Source of the DNA: the human T2T-CHM13v2.0 reference genome, Homo sapiens
Length of the DNA: 64,000 nucleotides
Assembly (NCBI RefSeq): GCF_009914755.1
Contig: NC_060936.1
Strand: one strand, 5' to 3'
The notes beneath the pieces are model-generated. The model was not told the DNA's origin and did not search any database. It saw only the letters and a list, made by a program, of their open reading frames with translations. Of this stretch, positions 22,713-42,130 are shown piece by piece. The translations under genes and the position numbers were made by a program. Each line of letters starts with the position of its first letter. Position 1 is the stretch's first letter.

Positions 22713-25014
22713 AGTAGTATACACACAGTGGTGGGTGGGCCTGTCGTATCTGAGCCTGGGAATTGTGCAGGAATTGACCATTTCTTTTGCCAGGTGTGAA
22801 TGATTGTTTTGGAGCATTCCTTGCCCCACTGAAAGAGGAACGAGGGGTTAAGGATGGATCATGAGGAAGTGTCAGGCAAATGATGCAGAGGGGATGCAAA
22901 GCATGAACTTGATAACTAATATATACCTATTCTGCCCTTTATTCCTCTCTCTTTCAGAAGCATTTTTCTCTCTGTAGGGGAATCTGTAATATCCATATTT
23001 TCTTTCCTTTTTTTTTTAAAAAAAACAAAAAAACAAAAAAAAAAACACTTTCCTTGGTTGAAGCATTCTGTCTTAGATTAACTACCTACAGTCCTTATTA
23101 TTTCGTAATCTTCCAAAGACAACCACGCCCTTCATTTGGGTCAGACTTTTAGACAAAACCCTGGGAAGGCTTTTGGTATGTTTCTGTAGGTATTTGAGAC
23201 ATTCACAATAATGATACAGGTGAGGCTGCTCTTCTAGGAAGCAAGATCTCTTCCTATATTTTAGTAAAACCAAAACTGCCTTACAGTGAGTTTGAATCCT
23301 TTAAAAACTTAAAAGGGAAAGAAATGAAATGTGTTTTTCTGATGAAATAAGAACCCCTTCATGCCTCTCTGTTTGCTCTCTAATTTTCAAAAGTCATTTT
23401 ACATTAGCTCTTAATAGAAATAAGTTTGAAAATCTAACAATGTTAATTGTGTTCTGTAAGGAGGTCATGAGGTTGGGGATAGAATGCTCGGTTACCTTTT
23501 GAGTTTTCCTTTCTGCCGTCTTTTGAGAACCAAACATCATTAGAAGTTCCAATAATCACAGTACAAGCAGTACTTTCGTGGCAGTCCTTCAGCAACCTCC
23601 TTGAAGGGAAATGTCTAGTCCTTATTTATAATAACATAATAATGTGATTTTGAAAGAGACAGCATGATTGTGGATTTTGTTTTGACTAAAAAAAAAAAAA
23701 TAGACCCTGCATTTTTGTTTTTTAAGGAAGAGAATAGAAAGTTGTTGGATGCTGTTTAGATAAGAAGTAGTAGAGAGAATATCCTCATTAATGCATCTTG
23801 TCTTCTGAGATGCAGGGTAATACCCCCTGCGTGCTGGCACCAACTCGCCTCTGCTGTTTTGTTAGGGAAAAAAGAAAAAAAAAAAAAAGGAAACACTCAT
23901 TCTGCTCATTTTAACTTTATTGTCTCATTCTGATTCTAATCCCCAAATAAAAAGGGCAAGGTCTTTCTGCTGAGTCAAGACTTTCAGCAATTTGGCGAAA
24001 AGTCCCATTTTTTTTTTCTTCCCAGTTTGGATGAGAAGCTGAGCAACCCTGGTAGACTAATTTAGGTAACTTTTCAGGTGTTCTTACTGAAATGAGAATT
24101 GCCAAAAAAAAAAAAATACAGAAAATGCTAGCACTTAGCAGAAATGCATATGTGGCATTTGTTCAGCTTAATGTGAATAGCCTTGCCCAGGCAACAACAG
24201 AAGAGACAATTAGAATGCAGTCATGGTTCCAAAAATTCACCCTTTCTTCCAGCTAATATGACATTTTTTTTCTTAAAAAAAAGCAAAATAAAAAGAAAGG
24301 AATGAAAGAAAAAGGAGAAATATATGTGGTTTTGCTTCAGTTACTAACACAAAAATACCAATTTGGTATGGATTTTATTTTAACCAAAAAAATCTGTTGT
24401 TGTGCAAGTTTTGTCAGAACAAAGTAGCAATAAAAGAATTTCATGCCTGCACTGATTTCATTATGGCTGGATTTTAACAGCAATGGAACATGGGTCAACC
24501 AATGTTAGGAGTGATGGTGGGTGTTATCCACTGAGGACTGCGGCAGAATAGCCATGTTTATTGCCCATCATTTCTCAATGATTTTATGCCATCATTTGGG
24601 AGATGAATAAAATAACTCTGTAGCAGGCATGCATGTAAATAAATTAAGCATTAAGAACCAGCACGTTGTAATCATCTTTCTTTGAGAATATACTAAATAG
24701 TTGTAATCAGTGAAATGGACAAGAAATCGCATTACATTGCCTTTTCCAGCTACGATAGCACACCAGCTAAAACAAGACTCAGGTTGGAGGGATGTCTGAG
24801 GGGAGAGAAGAATGCAGTTGTGTTCTGGGTGTTTCAAGCTATAAAACCACACTGGGCAAATAATGCATGGGTCATTTTACCTTCCCAAGTGAAAGTATCT
24901 ATTGTTGATAAACAATGAGTGAACTCTTTAGCAATATATTACCATCTCCCTCATGTAAGCATTCAAGGCTTCTAGTCCTGAGAACCATGGCGAATATAAA
25001 ACTCTGGCATCATA

Positions 25015-25510
25015 ATGCCTCTTTCCACAATGATCTGACAAAGATCATTTGCTTGGCCAAACTTTAATCAGGCTTCTGAACCATTTCCTAGGCCCATCTG
25101 TGCATTTCCTTGTAAAATCTCATTGTAACAAAAAGCCCTGCTAAGTGAGTTTAGCATGAAACCCCCATCGCTGACATCTGATCACCCTCCTTATCTAAGT
25201 TTCCTCATTCGTTAACGTCCCTTATGGGATGTGTGGTCAACCTGACCGGTCTTCAGCAAGAATCCTGTTAGGTCAGTTTAGCCAGAATTTCCCTTACCTC
25301 TGAATCTCCCTCTTAGTAATTTTGACCACTCCCCTTGCCTCCTTGGCTATAAATTCTCATTTGCCTGTGCTGTATTCAGAGTTGAACCCCATCTCTTTCC
25401 CCCACTGCAAGATCCCATCACAGTGGCTCCTATACCTACTGCAGTGTTTCTAAATAAAGTCTTCCTTACAGTGATTTAGGAAGTATCACTGAATAACATT
25501 TTTCTTTAAC
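25015..25510 (+). mobile_element. ERV1-class LTR remnant (MER39/MER34-like)
   Basis: cagcaagaatcctgttaggtcagtttagccagaat, TATA-like ggctataaa, aataaa, terminal ctttaaca. Confidence 0.65.
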
Positions 25511-25754
25511 AGACCACCTTAATTTTTGAAAGATTCCTTTTAAAAATTAAGGTTGAATGAGAATAAAAGGAAGATTTGATAAAGAGATGTAGATCTCTTC
25601 CTTTTTTCTTGAGAAGGAAAACAGGAGCTGTGTACAGGGAAGCCTTTTCTAATTCCAGGCTAGGGCTCCTCTCCTTCCAACGTGTCTTCACCCACAAGTG
25701 CCAGCAAAATTAGGGGGCTTGAAAGTTTATACTAGGCACTTTTACATCCCTTGT

Positions 25755-26360
25755 TTATTATTCTGCAAATACATATTGAATCTCTAGTACTAAGGCCAGA
25801 AACTCCTCAGGAACTAGGGCTAAAACCATGAACAAAAACAACAAAAAAGTCCTTCCTCTAACGAGCTTTTATTGTTGTTAGGGGAAACAAATTACAAATG
25901 AAAACATATTAAATAAATATATAAAATATCAAGTAAAGATGCATGCTTATAAAAAACTTATGGCAGGGTAGGCTCTGTGGATTCAGAGCATCAGGAGGGG
26001 TATATATTCTGTCATGCAGATTAGAAAAGGCTTTTCATATAAGGTGACATTTGCCATGCTTGACTGAAGTAAGGAGGTGGATTAGGAAGAGTTAACAGTA
26101 CATGCAAATCCTCTTGGGCAGTGATATATGTTGCATGTTCTTATTCTAGAAAAAGCAAGGAGGCCAGTATGGGTGAAACCAATAAGAGAGGAGGGGAATG
26201 TGAGGCAATGAGATAAGAGAGGAATTAGGAGGACAGATCACATAGGGTCATTGGCCATGGTGAGGACCTCGCATTTATTCTGGGTAAGGTAGGATGCCTC
26301 CAGAAGGTTTGATTGAGCAGAGGAGCAATATGATCTACCAAACGCCTTTCATGGCTCCCT
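25755..26360 (-). mobile_element. L2 remnant
   Basis: aaatacatattgaatctctag..., aaggtgacattt, ggagggcagatcacatagggtc-like L2 3' motifs. Confidence 0.6.
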
Positions 26361-27039
26361 TTTTTACTTAGAGCAAAAACCAAGCACTCATGAGTGAAGT
26401 TGTGCTGGAGAAGCTTGCTGGAAAGTGGCAAGTAAGGTATAATTCCAATAATGTTACTTCACAGGGTTAGGCAGACAAATTGTAGTTGAAGGAGGTACTG
26501 TGAGCAAATGACATCTGATTCCTGGAAGGGCAATAACAATGCCATTGCCACAAAACAGTTGCAGATTTTCTTACATTTTTCGACATGCCATCATGTGTAT
26601 GTTCTCCCTTTCTTTCTGTCCATTAGTCAAGAAAGGTAAAGACCTATGTTAAATTTAGGGAAACTGAGGCACAGTAATTTTTAAATGTTAGCCAATTGCA
26701 ACATTTAATGAATAGCACAATTATATGTGGCAAACATTTTTCTAGGACTATATATACATGGTTTAAACCCATTCAGTCTTTCCCCAGATTCTATGAGTTG
26801 TGCCATTTTACAGAGGAAGAAACTGAAGAATAGAGAGATAACATATCCTGCTCAAAGTCATACAGCTAAGAAATGACAGAGAAAAAATTCAGCCAGTCTG
26901 TTTGGCACCAAAGCCCTAATTCTTAGAAGATATTTCATTCGTTCAAGGTCACATAGCTTGTACATAAGTGACTTGATTCTGAGTTGTTGTTTTCCCAGAA
27001 GAGCGATTATAATTTGGTTCACTCACATTAATTCCATAT

Positions 27040-27512
27040 ACTTTCCTTGGAAGACCCCCTTTACATTTCTGTTTTTGCTGTTTGGGCTGACTGGCTCTAC
27101 CCCTAATTGTAGGAGTATGTATGTGACCCAGTTCTGGCTAGTGATTCTGGTTAGAGTGGTTGATTCAGGGATGGGCATATGATCTAAATTGCTTAATGAA
27201 GTCTTAATTTTGGAACCTTTTCTGTTGGGAAAAGAGGATCTTTACTTCCCCTGGGAAGCTATTAAAATGGAAATGCTGGCAGTCATAGTGCCACCAGTTG
27301 GAGGGAGGGGAAGAATTTGACTGAGATATAGCCAACAGTCAATCAAGAGAAAGAGAAGCACAGCCAAGAGCTGTTGATTCCTGAATCCACCTCTGCCTAT
27401 AACCAGCTTCTTCTAACTTTTCCATTATCTGAAACAATAAATTCTTCATTTTGCATAAACTATTACAATTTGGATTTATTTTATTTGTGTCTAAAGAATT
27501 CTGACTAATATA
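27040..27512 (+). mobile_element. Old MLT1 (J/K-like) LTR remnant
   Basis: atgtgacccagttctggc..ggttgattcagggatgggcatatga; terminal aaagaattctgactaata. Confidence 0.6.
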
Positions 27513-27882
27513 CTACATTACTGTGTAAATCACAGTAAAGTAGCCTTAGATAAGGCTTCATATTTCAATACACTATCAGTTAATCCCTCAATGAGATTTT
27601 GTTGGTAGTCATTAAAAGTTACTGGAGATACCATCCAGTAATTGCATTCCTGGGTATTTACCCAACTGATTTGAAAAATTATGTCCATACAAAAACCTGC
27701 AAACCAGCACATAAATGTTTATAGTAACTTTATTTATAATTACCAAAAACTGGGAAAAACTAAAAAGTTCTTTGATGAAAAAGTGATTGGATAAACAAAC
27801 TGTGTACATCCTTACAATGAGATATAATCCAATACTTGAAAGAAACGTGGCATCAAGCCGTGAAAAGGCATGGATTAATCTT

Positions 27883-32343
<4,461 letters not shown>

Positions 32344-33112
32344 GGCATGGATTAATCTTAAATGCATATTGCTAAGTGAAAGGAACCAGTCTAAAAAGAC
32401 TACATATTGTATGATTCCAATTATATGACACTCTGGAAAAGGCAAAATCTAGCAATAGTGAAAAAGAATCAGTGGTTGGCATGGATTTGGAAGAAAGGAA
32501 AGGGAAGGTTGAATAGGTGGTGCACAAGAGATTTTTAGGGCCGTGAGACTATTCTGTATGATACTGTATTTGTGAATACATAATACTATGTGATTATTAA
32601 AACCCACTACATTTTACAGCACAAAGAGTAAACTGTAATGTATGCAAATTGAACATAACATCATGTAAGAAGTCTGAGAATCACAGGATGGAATACAGAA
32701 TGTGACAAAACAATCTAACTATTCCAAGTGTAGGAAACAACCTTACTGAAGTGTGTGGGGGAAAAGGTGCTGATCTAAGTCACTTTGGAAATAAATGAAG
32801 TCTATACAACTAAAGGCAAAATAAATAGTACATAAGTATGTATTTTAGCTGATAATGTTATGTCCCACAGGAGTATGGGTTAAAAATTCTGATACTTACA
32901 TCCACTTATGCAGGAATTGAATAATTACATAAATGGATGAATGGCAGAGGGTGGGAGCCAGGTTTCTCACTGCTGGAGTGAGAGTTTACAAAAAAGCAAG
33001 GGGAGGAAGCTGGCGTGATATATGTAGTAATGAATTGGAATTGGAGACATCATCAGTATGAACTCATACTCAACTAAATATACATGCAGATGATTACATA
33101 TAGAAATATCTA

Positions 33113-33425
<313 letters not shown>

Positions 33426-33567
33426 TTATAGATACCTGTGTATCTGTAAATCTACACACATATGTATTTCCTTGCTCTTTAAGCTCACAGGGCATAGAAG
33501 AGCCAACACTCCAGTAACATGAGCAGAGATCTTGGTTTTCATTCTCCAGTAAAAGAAGCAAGGATTC

Positions 33568-34130
33568 TATCTTAGTTGTTTGTGTTGCTATAACAAGATA
33601 CCTTATAATGGGTAATTTATACCCAACAGATTTTTTTTTTCCTTATAGTTCTCAAAGCTGGGAAGTCCAAGATCGAAGCACCAGCCTTGGCATCTGATGA
33701 GGGCTGCTCTCTGCCTCCCACATGGCACCTTGTTGCTGTGTCCTCACATGGCAGAAGGTGAAAGGGCAAGAGAGTGCTTCCACTGACCTCCAGCACTTTT
33801 GAAGGGTGTCACCTCCCAAACGCCACACCTCTTTTTTTTTTTTTAAATATATTTTTATTTTCACAAAATCTAGCTTACATCACTTCATCCATTTTATATA
33901 GACTTTAGCACATCCACATGCAATCAGTTCATATTATTTCCCTTTACCAGGTGTTGAATATCTTACTAAAGTAAAATAGGTCATTTTTTTGCTATGTATT
34001 ATTTAATATACTTATTTGGTTTTATTAAATGTTAAATCATATTAAGCACATCATAATAAAAATACTGCTGCACTGGGGATTAAGTTTCAACATAAATGTT
34101 GAAGGGGACGCCATTACTTAAACCATATCA
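33568..34130 (-). mobile_element. MST (ERVL-MaLR) solo LTR interrupted by a ~230-bp polyadenylated insert
   Basis: tatcttagttgtttgtgttgctataac start and aaaccatatca end; the normally contiguous 'cacctctt|aatact' is split by 33832-34060. Confidence 0.8.
33832..34060 (-). other. Orphan retrocopied 3'-end fragment (AATAAA + poly(A)) of unknown source
   Basis: T13 at 33832-33844, tttatt at 33854-33859, unique AT-rich body, inserted at an L1 EN-like site. Confidence 0.6.
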
Positions 34131-37100
34131 GGCTCCTTGAAGAACTGACTTAAAATGGCAGATTGTATGTCTGGGGCATGAAATATATAAGAATAGCTTG
34201 AAGCATCTTACAGTGCCATAAAATAAGTAAGTGCTCAAACAAAAATAACTGAAAATGAAAGAAAGAATGCCAAAGGAATACAACTGAAAGAGCTCTAAGT
34301 AGCCAGAGTTGAAACAATTTGACAATAAACAAATAAATAAATAAAGTGTTGGATGATAACTTTAAATATAAGATAAATATCCACAAGCCCTACTGATATA
34401 AGTAAGGATTCATTAAATAAATGACGGAGAATAGACAACTCCTCCGTGCAGAAGAATTCCAAATAATTTATGTAAATCTCCACTTTCAAAGATACGGAGC
34501 ATAACACATTATTCTTTAGTGTCGCTGCACACAACACCTCATCCAGGTGATCAAGATCAACCACAGTGATGTCATGTTGATAGTACCTATCCATGATATG
34601 ATGTACTGAAAAATAGCATTTTTCCTCTGTAGTTTTCCTCCCCTAAACCCATAACCCCAATCTAATCATGAGAAGAATTTTGGACAAATCCCAAAAGAGA
34701 CTTTCTGTGGAATATCCCACCAGTACTCCTCAAAACTGTCACGGTCATCAAAAACAAAGCCTGAGAAATTGTCACAGTCAAGAAGAACTTAAGGAAGTAT
34801 GATGTTTAAATGTGATATGGTATCTTGGATGGGGTCAGAAGAATGACATTAGGTAAAGACTAAGGAAATCTGAATAAAGTAATGGACTTTAATAAGAAGA
34901 AGGTATAAATATTGTTTCATTAATTGTGACAAATGCTAATGTAAAATGTTAATAATAGGGAAAATTGAAATCAGGATATATGGGAATTCCATTATATTTG
35001 CAATTTTTCTGTAAATCTAACACCGTTCTAAAACATGAAATTTACATATGTAAGAAAAAGTTACTGAAGACAGAATTCCTAGGTAAAGTGCTTAGAGAAT
35101 AAGGGGTAGGCAACAGGAGAAAGACAGTTGAAGAAGAAAATAGAGGTAGTTATTTTCTGAGACTTTAATTTGAACTAATTAACAGGTTCACCTACTTCAG
35201 TCATCTGTTCACCTAACACATATCATTTGCATGTCTGCAGGTACCAGGACCTCTGCCAAGAGACAGCGACACAATGGTGAACCAGGAAATGGCATATCCC
35301 CTGTCCTCAGGGAACCAGATGAGTAGAGAAGACAAAATTTACTAAAATAATCAATCATTTGAGTAAATGTAGAATTTCAAGGGTAGTTAGAGTTACAAAG
35401 GAGAGGTACACGCTACCATGAGAACACAAAAGGGGCATTTGTGTCCATCAGAGAAGCTAAGAAACATGTCCCAGAGCCAATATTAAAACCACAGTGGTAA
35501 CATATACACCACTGTGAGAGTGTAGGGAAATACTTGAGCTCTTCACCAAATATAACGGCAGCATTTGAGATTTCTTAGCTTCATTTTGTTTGTTGCAGTT
35601 AGCCCAGATTGACTGTTGTGCAAACAACTTCCATTTGGTTTAGTTTTTGATAACTCGTTTTATGATAGGCAGCTGCTTCTTATTTGAAGTGAGAGATGAG
35701 GTAAGAAAGAATTCAAAAGATTTGAAGGCTACCTGACAGGGTTGCTTCATGATAACAAACAGCCATTCTCAATGTTTGAAGTGGAAGGCATTACTTCCTC
35801 AGGGTCTTTCGGGTTTTCTCTGTTTTTTGTTTTTTTCAACTGTGTGCTGCGCCCCCCACCACAATTCCAATGATTTCCCCCATAGATAAGAAATAATTGC
35901 TTGTTTCTTGAAGAATTTTTTAAAAAGGGCTATCCTAAGGCTGCGTTTCTCATATTTGGTATGAATATGACTAATGTCTATTCTAATCCTTGAGGCATTC
36001 TTAAGAAGAGGCAGCATACGAATTTTAAAAAGGCTTTAACCTTTTTCCTTTGCTCATTATGTAAATTCTATTTTTCAGCTTCCCTTTTCCCCCTACCATC
36101 AACCCTCCACGCTTACTCCTCTCCCCTTTATTTTTCTGAATGAGCTTTCTTCTCTTTTGTCTTTTTTTCAGGATAGATGTTATTCTTCACATTCTTTCTG
36201 GGTGGAGGGGGATATACTAAGCCTATTAATATGTTTACCTTTTTACCTATTTAGAATATGGTGAAGGACAAGGAAAATAAAATGAGTAAGCGGTGCCTTC
36301 TGAATAATGCCATGGAGCTTATGGTAATGGCAGAGCCTTTTCTGAGCATTAAAGTGGTAATCTGACTGCATTGTTAGAGTAAATAGAGTATTCAGCCTTC
36401 TAATCTTTCATATGTAACAACAGCCCAAGTATATTAATTATAACTTGAGAAATCAATGTGAGCTTCTAACACACAGGTACCATTTTCCTAAAGGCAGGAT
36501 GAGACAGTGTTAGCACAGAAATAAAATAATCCTCATAGTCACTGCTCACCTTTGCCCTCATTTTCATTCCTGGTTTTATTCAGGAGTAACTAAGCAGGTT
36601 AATGTCACAGAACTGCCTGTGATTATCTTTAGTTTAAACAACAGTGTCTGCCCAAGATAAATGCACGTGTGAGATAGATTTCACCCCTGAGAGCAGTTCA
36701 TCTTTCCTTCTGCATGCCATTTTCCCTGTACTGCCCCTCAAATGGATTCTGAACATATAGATTACATTATCACATTAAATGAGGATGAGTAAACTTCAAA
36801 GGTTCAGAGTTAAGATGCACCTGGACTTTTAGATTCTGACTTGAAAGCGAGCTCACATTAACTGTTCCATAAAGCTGTGATGGAGACACCTAATGTCGTT
36901 GTCAAATTCCTCTGAGTAGTTTTTCAATGAGCCAAACCAAATGCAGGACTTCAGGGCTTGTGAGTTATTCTCTCTAAAGTGATGCTGCAAAGAAACATAA
37001 CATAACGATTGACAATTTTACTAAAATCATGTATTATAAAAGTGTATTTGTATCAGTACTCACAGCCAATTGTATACCTACCTAGTTGTAACCATTTAGT

Positions 37101-37239
37101 TATTACACAAGAAAAAATGTGTGTAAATCGCAGTTTGGGGGCACATAGAAACAACACTATATACAAATTATAATTTGTATTCATTGGTTTATTCCTTTAT
37201 TTATTCATTCAACAAATACACATGGGGCTTCCACTGCAT

Positions 37240-37576
37240 CCAACCACCATGCAATCATGTGAGTCCATGAGGATATCTTTAGCCACCAGGCTGTGAGCTG
37301 AAATGACATGTGTCATTTCTGGGCCAAAGGTTTTAATTGCTGGTGCAAGACTCTCCAGAGCTCTCTTACTCTGCTGGGTGACGAAAGGTTCACACATCTC
37401 AGATGGTTCAGTTAAAAGATCAGGGGGACTATTAGCCTGGGTTCTGAGCGTAGCCCTCACTAACCCACAGTGGATGTGTAGTCTGGGTGAAAAACAAATT
37501 TTTGTTGTGTTAAGCCATGGGATTTTGAGATTGATTTGTTATTGCAGCATAACCTCGTTTATCTTGGCTAGCTAAT
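37240..37576 (+). mobile_element. MLT1 LTR remnant
   Basis: gctgaaatgacatgtgtcatttctgggcc..., ttaagccatgggatttt..ttgttattgcagcataacc. Confidence 0.65.
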
Positions 37577-38029
37577 GGAGTAGTTAATGCCTAACTGGTA
37601 ATCATGATTATAAAAGTTTCCATGTATTAAGTTCATAGCAAAAATCCTGGAATATAGCCATTATTATCTGCATTGCAGAGATGAGGAAACTGAAGCTCAG
37701 AAGGTTAAGTACGTTACTCAAGGTTGCAGGGTTTATAAGCAGCAGAGAAAGGCACTGAACCAAAGCCCCATGTCCATAAATGTTTCTCCTATATGCTAAG
37801 TATCATAATCAGAAGCTACACATACGAATGAAAAAGATCTTTTCCAATATTAGAAAGATAATTGCTAATTCATCTATGTAGTTCAAACTTGTACAGTATC
37901 CATAAAACAGAAATAACCCTGTTTACATGCATTCTACAAAATCTTCAAGATATTAATAGAACTTGCTCTATGGTCAAATAATTTTGTGAGGCTTTCTATA
38001 CTATACTATTTGTGTAAATAGTATGCATC

Positions 38030-38490
38030 CATTCAGATTCACTTAACTTCCCCTGTCTTCCAGCTGCTACTGTTGTCTTTTTAGCTATAGCTGCTACTAC
38101 CTCATCCACCAGCATTACCAGCTCTCTTGGCAAGTATTGGACTACAGCAAGGCCTCCATTACTCCTGCTGCTGTGGAGTTAAGACACAGTTCACTGGTGT
38201 GTCAGCAAGACATATTGGTGCTTGCTAGAAATAGATTGCTACTGCATGGCAGCCACCGCTTGGGTGAGCCTGAAGCCCTCCCAATGGGCAAAGATACAGG
38301 TAGTATACAACAATTGGCCACAGACTTTATATGGAGAAGTACCTGTGATATGGATATGCATTGACTTCTCTGCAGCACAAATGGGCTACCTAGTTGGCTA
38401 ATTAACTAGAATAGACGAAACGAAGGGATCAATGACTAGAGTGTCTAAGATGGAGCTAGGTAAAGGGATCTGTGGAAATCAGTAAAAACA
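38030..38490 (+). mobile_element. Probable ERVL/MaLR-internal pol (RNase H) remnant
   Basis: Degenerate translation near 38348-38480 resembles ERVL RNase H (IWICIDF..NGLPSW..GIN..LW). Confidence 0.4.
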
Positions 38491-40194
38491 GGCCAGCTTT
38501 GATAGCTTTAGAGATCAAAGAAGAATATCTCTAAAAAGATCACATTTGAGGGAAATGCAGTAAGACTTTCCTTGATATTCAGTGCTCTCCAGTTGCTCAC
38601 GACTGTAGCTTTTACCATAGAACCCTATTTCTTCTGATCTCAATATGGAACTAATCTATATTTATATGAAAAGCATCACCCTGCCAAAATTACATGTCTA
38701 TTGTAAGCCGTTCAAAAGTGTAATGTAAATGAATGAATAGGTGTTGGGGGCAGATATACACTACAGCAGCAAAATGGTAGAGGAACTAGCTCTGAGCAAG
38801 AGAGCCCTTTGGTGCTTCCTGGGTCAGAGTCATCAGCTCTGCCTGAGGAGTCTAATTCTTCAGTAGTATCGGCATCTCTCATGAATGTGCCCATTCTGCC
38901 CAGCATACAGGCTTCTAAAAGCTTAGGGACACACTGGGAACTCTTGAGACAGCACGGGCCTATGTAAGGGTATAGCAAGACTGAAATGTTTGATGGGAGA
39001 AAGAAGGGCAAGGATAGTAACATTTGTGCTACCAGCAGTGTTTCCTGAAGCATTATTCCTTACAGTTGTTTTTCTAGGAAGTAGGGGGTCCCTGAAAATA
39101 TGATAGTAATGCTGAAGATAAAGTAGTGAAGTCCCCTTGGATGACATGGACTTGAATCCTGGCTGTGCAACTTACTCAGTAGATAACTCTGGGGAAATAA
39201 TTTAACCTGTCTCAGTTCTCTCACCTGCAAATTGGGTGTAACAGACAATATCCACTCTGCACATAAAGTTATTACAAGTTTTAATAAGACCATGGTTCTT
39301 TCATTATTTGTATAATCTTGGGCAAGTCAATTAAATTTTCTGAGTCCCCTTTTCTTCATGTCATCTCTATATTAGAGGCTTAGTTCCAATAATCACCATG
39401 ATCCTTCCAGCTCTGATGTTTGAGATCTATGCAAATGGAAGTGTTCACTGGGAAATGTCAGAGAAATGTAAATCTGATTATCCTTATAATTTATAATATT
39501 TGTATTAGTATTACTATTTTGAATGCAGCAGTCCTTAGGAACCAGCTTCCTCTAAGAAAAGAAAGAGTATGATCTTTGATATTCTCCACCTGGGACTGTT
39601 GTCCATGGCAGGGATGTGTCTCTGTAAAGGCCATTGCTAAGAAGCATGGAGCCCCTTTGCTCCTCCTGCTTGAAATTGATGCCCTTTCCTGCTCTAACCA
39701 CCAGAGGGGAGACATCATCTGTTTCATGTTCTGATTTACACACAGGCGCTACCAAAGGCAAGTTTGAAATTAATAATGAACCCACACCCTCAGAAGTCAG
39801 AAGCAGCAGAATCATCAATTTCTCATTGATTTCTAGGCAGGAAGAGCAATGAAGACTCTGCCCTCTCACCTTCTCTCCTCTGCTCCCTTTGGAGGATGAA
39901 TGGGGTACCGCAAAGGAAACCTGGTTTCCAAAGGGTCATAAAAGTGCTCCTGGAAGTCACCATGTTTTCATTCCTTTAAAATGATGATAAACTACTTATT
40001 AAGCCTTGGGCTATGGACTTGGCACTGAACTGTGTTCTTTGCTAGTATTTTCTTGTTTAATTCTCACAACAACTCCATGAGGTAAATATTAATCTTATGC
40101 CCAGGACATGAGGGCATATAAAAGGTAAATAACTGATAAATCAGTAAAATGGGGATTTCAATCTATATTTGACCCCAAAGTCTGAATTCTAAGC

Positions 40195-40552
40195 CAGCAG
40201 GTCTCAACTTTTTTGGTTGCAGGACTGCTTTACCTTATTAAAAATGACTAAGCGTCCCCAAAAGCTTTTGTTTGTGTGTGTTACGTCTGTGAATATTTAT
40301 TGTATTAGAAATTCAAGCTGTGAACAACGTAAAGCACAAGAGTATAGAAGTAAACATTCCACAAGTCATTGGGTGATACCATCACATGTTACTTAGCCTC
40401 TGGAAAACTCCACTGTACACTCAAGAAAGAATGAGAGTAAAAGAGGCAAATGACATCTCAGTATAATTATGAAAATACTTTTGACTTTGCAGACCCCATA
40501 AGAGTTTTGGAGACCAACACAGGTTCCTAAGCCATACTCAGTAAACCACTGC
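40195..40552. mobile_element. hAT-Charlie MITE
   Basis: cagcaggtctcaactttttt start and aaaccactg end (degenerate TIRs); ccccaaaagcttttgtttg motif. Confidence 0.65.
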
Positions 40553-40744
40553 TATAAACTTCTTCTGCATTTTGCTGTTTCCTACTGCACACTATGCTAG
40601 CATGCCTTGCATGTCTAATGTAATGTTCAAGTTGACATAAGTATCTTCTACAAATCAGAGAGTATCTATAATTCTCAAATGTATGCTGTATAGTAAAGAA
40701 TGCCCCCTCCCTCTCCTTTGAATTTATGTATTTATATTTTATAT

Positions 40745-41043
40745 TTTTTATATTTATTTTTTGAAACAGAGTCTTGCTCTGTCACCTGGTCTGGTGTGCA
40801 GTGGTGCAGTCATGGCCCACTGAGGTCCCCATCTCCCAGGCTCAAGTGATCCTCCTACCTCAGTCTCCCAAGTAGCTGGAACAACAGGAACCCATCACCA
40901 CACCTGGCTAATTTTTTTATTTTTTGTAGAGTCAGGGTCTCACCATGTTGCCCAGGCTGGTCTCCAACTCCTGGCCTCAAGAAATTTTTCCACCTTGGTC
41001 ACCCAAATCACTGGGATTACATGCATGAGCCACCATGCCTGGC
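40745..41043 (-). mobile_element. AluJ
   Basis: Reverse Alu with gctcaagtgatcctcctacctcag and gggtctcaccatgttgccc. Confidence 0.88.
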
Positions 41044-41083
41044 CCTCTCTGTCTCTTTTAAATATAAGAGTTAAGTTAAAGTC

Positions 41084-42130
<1,047 letters not shown>

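Noticed and set aside
23280-24720. Repeat-free stretch (also ~35560-37100) as a possible conserved enhancer or lncRNA exon
   Set aside because: No diagnostic feature is visible; needs conservation or chromatin data
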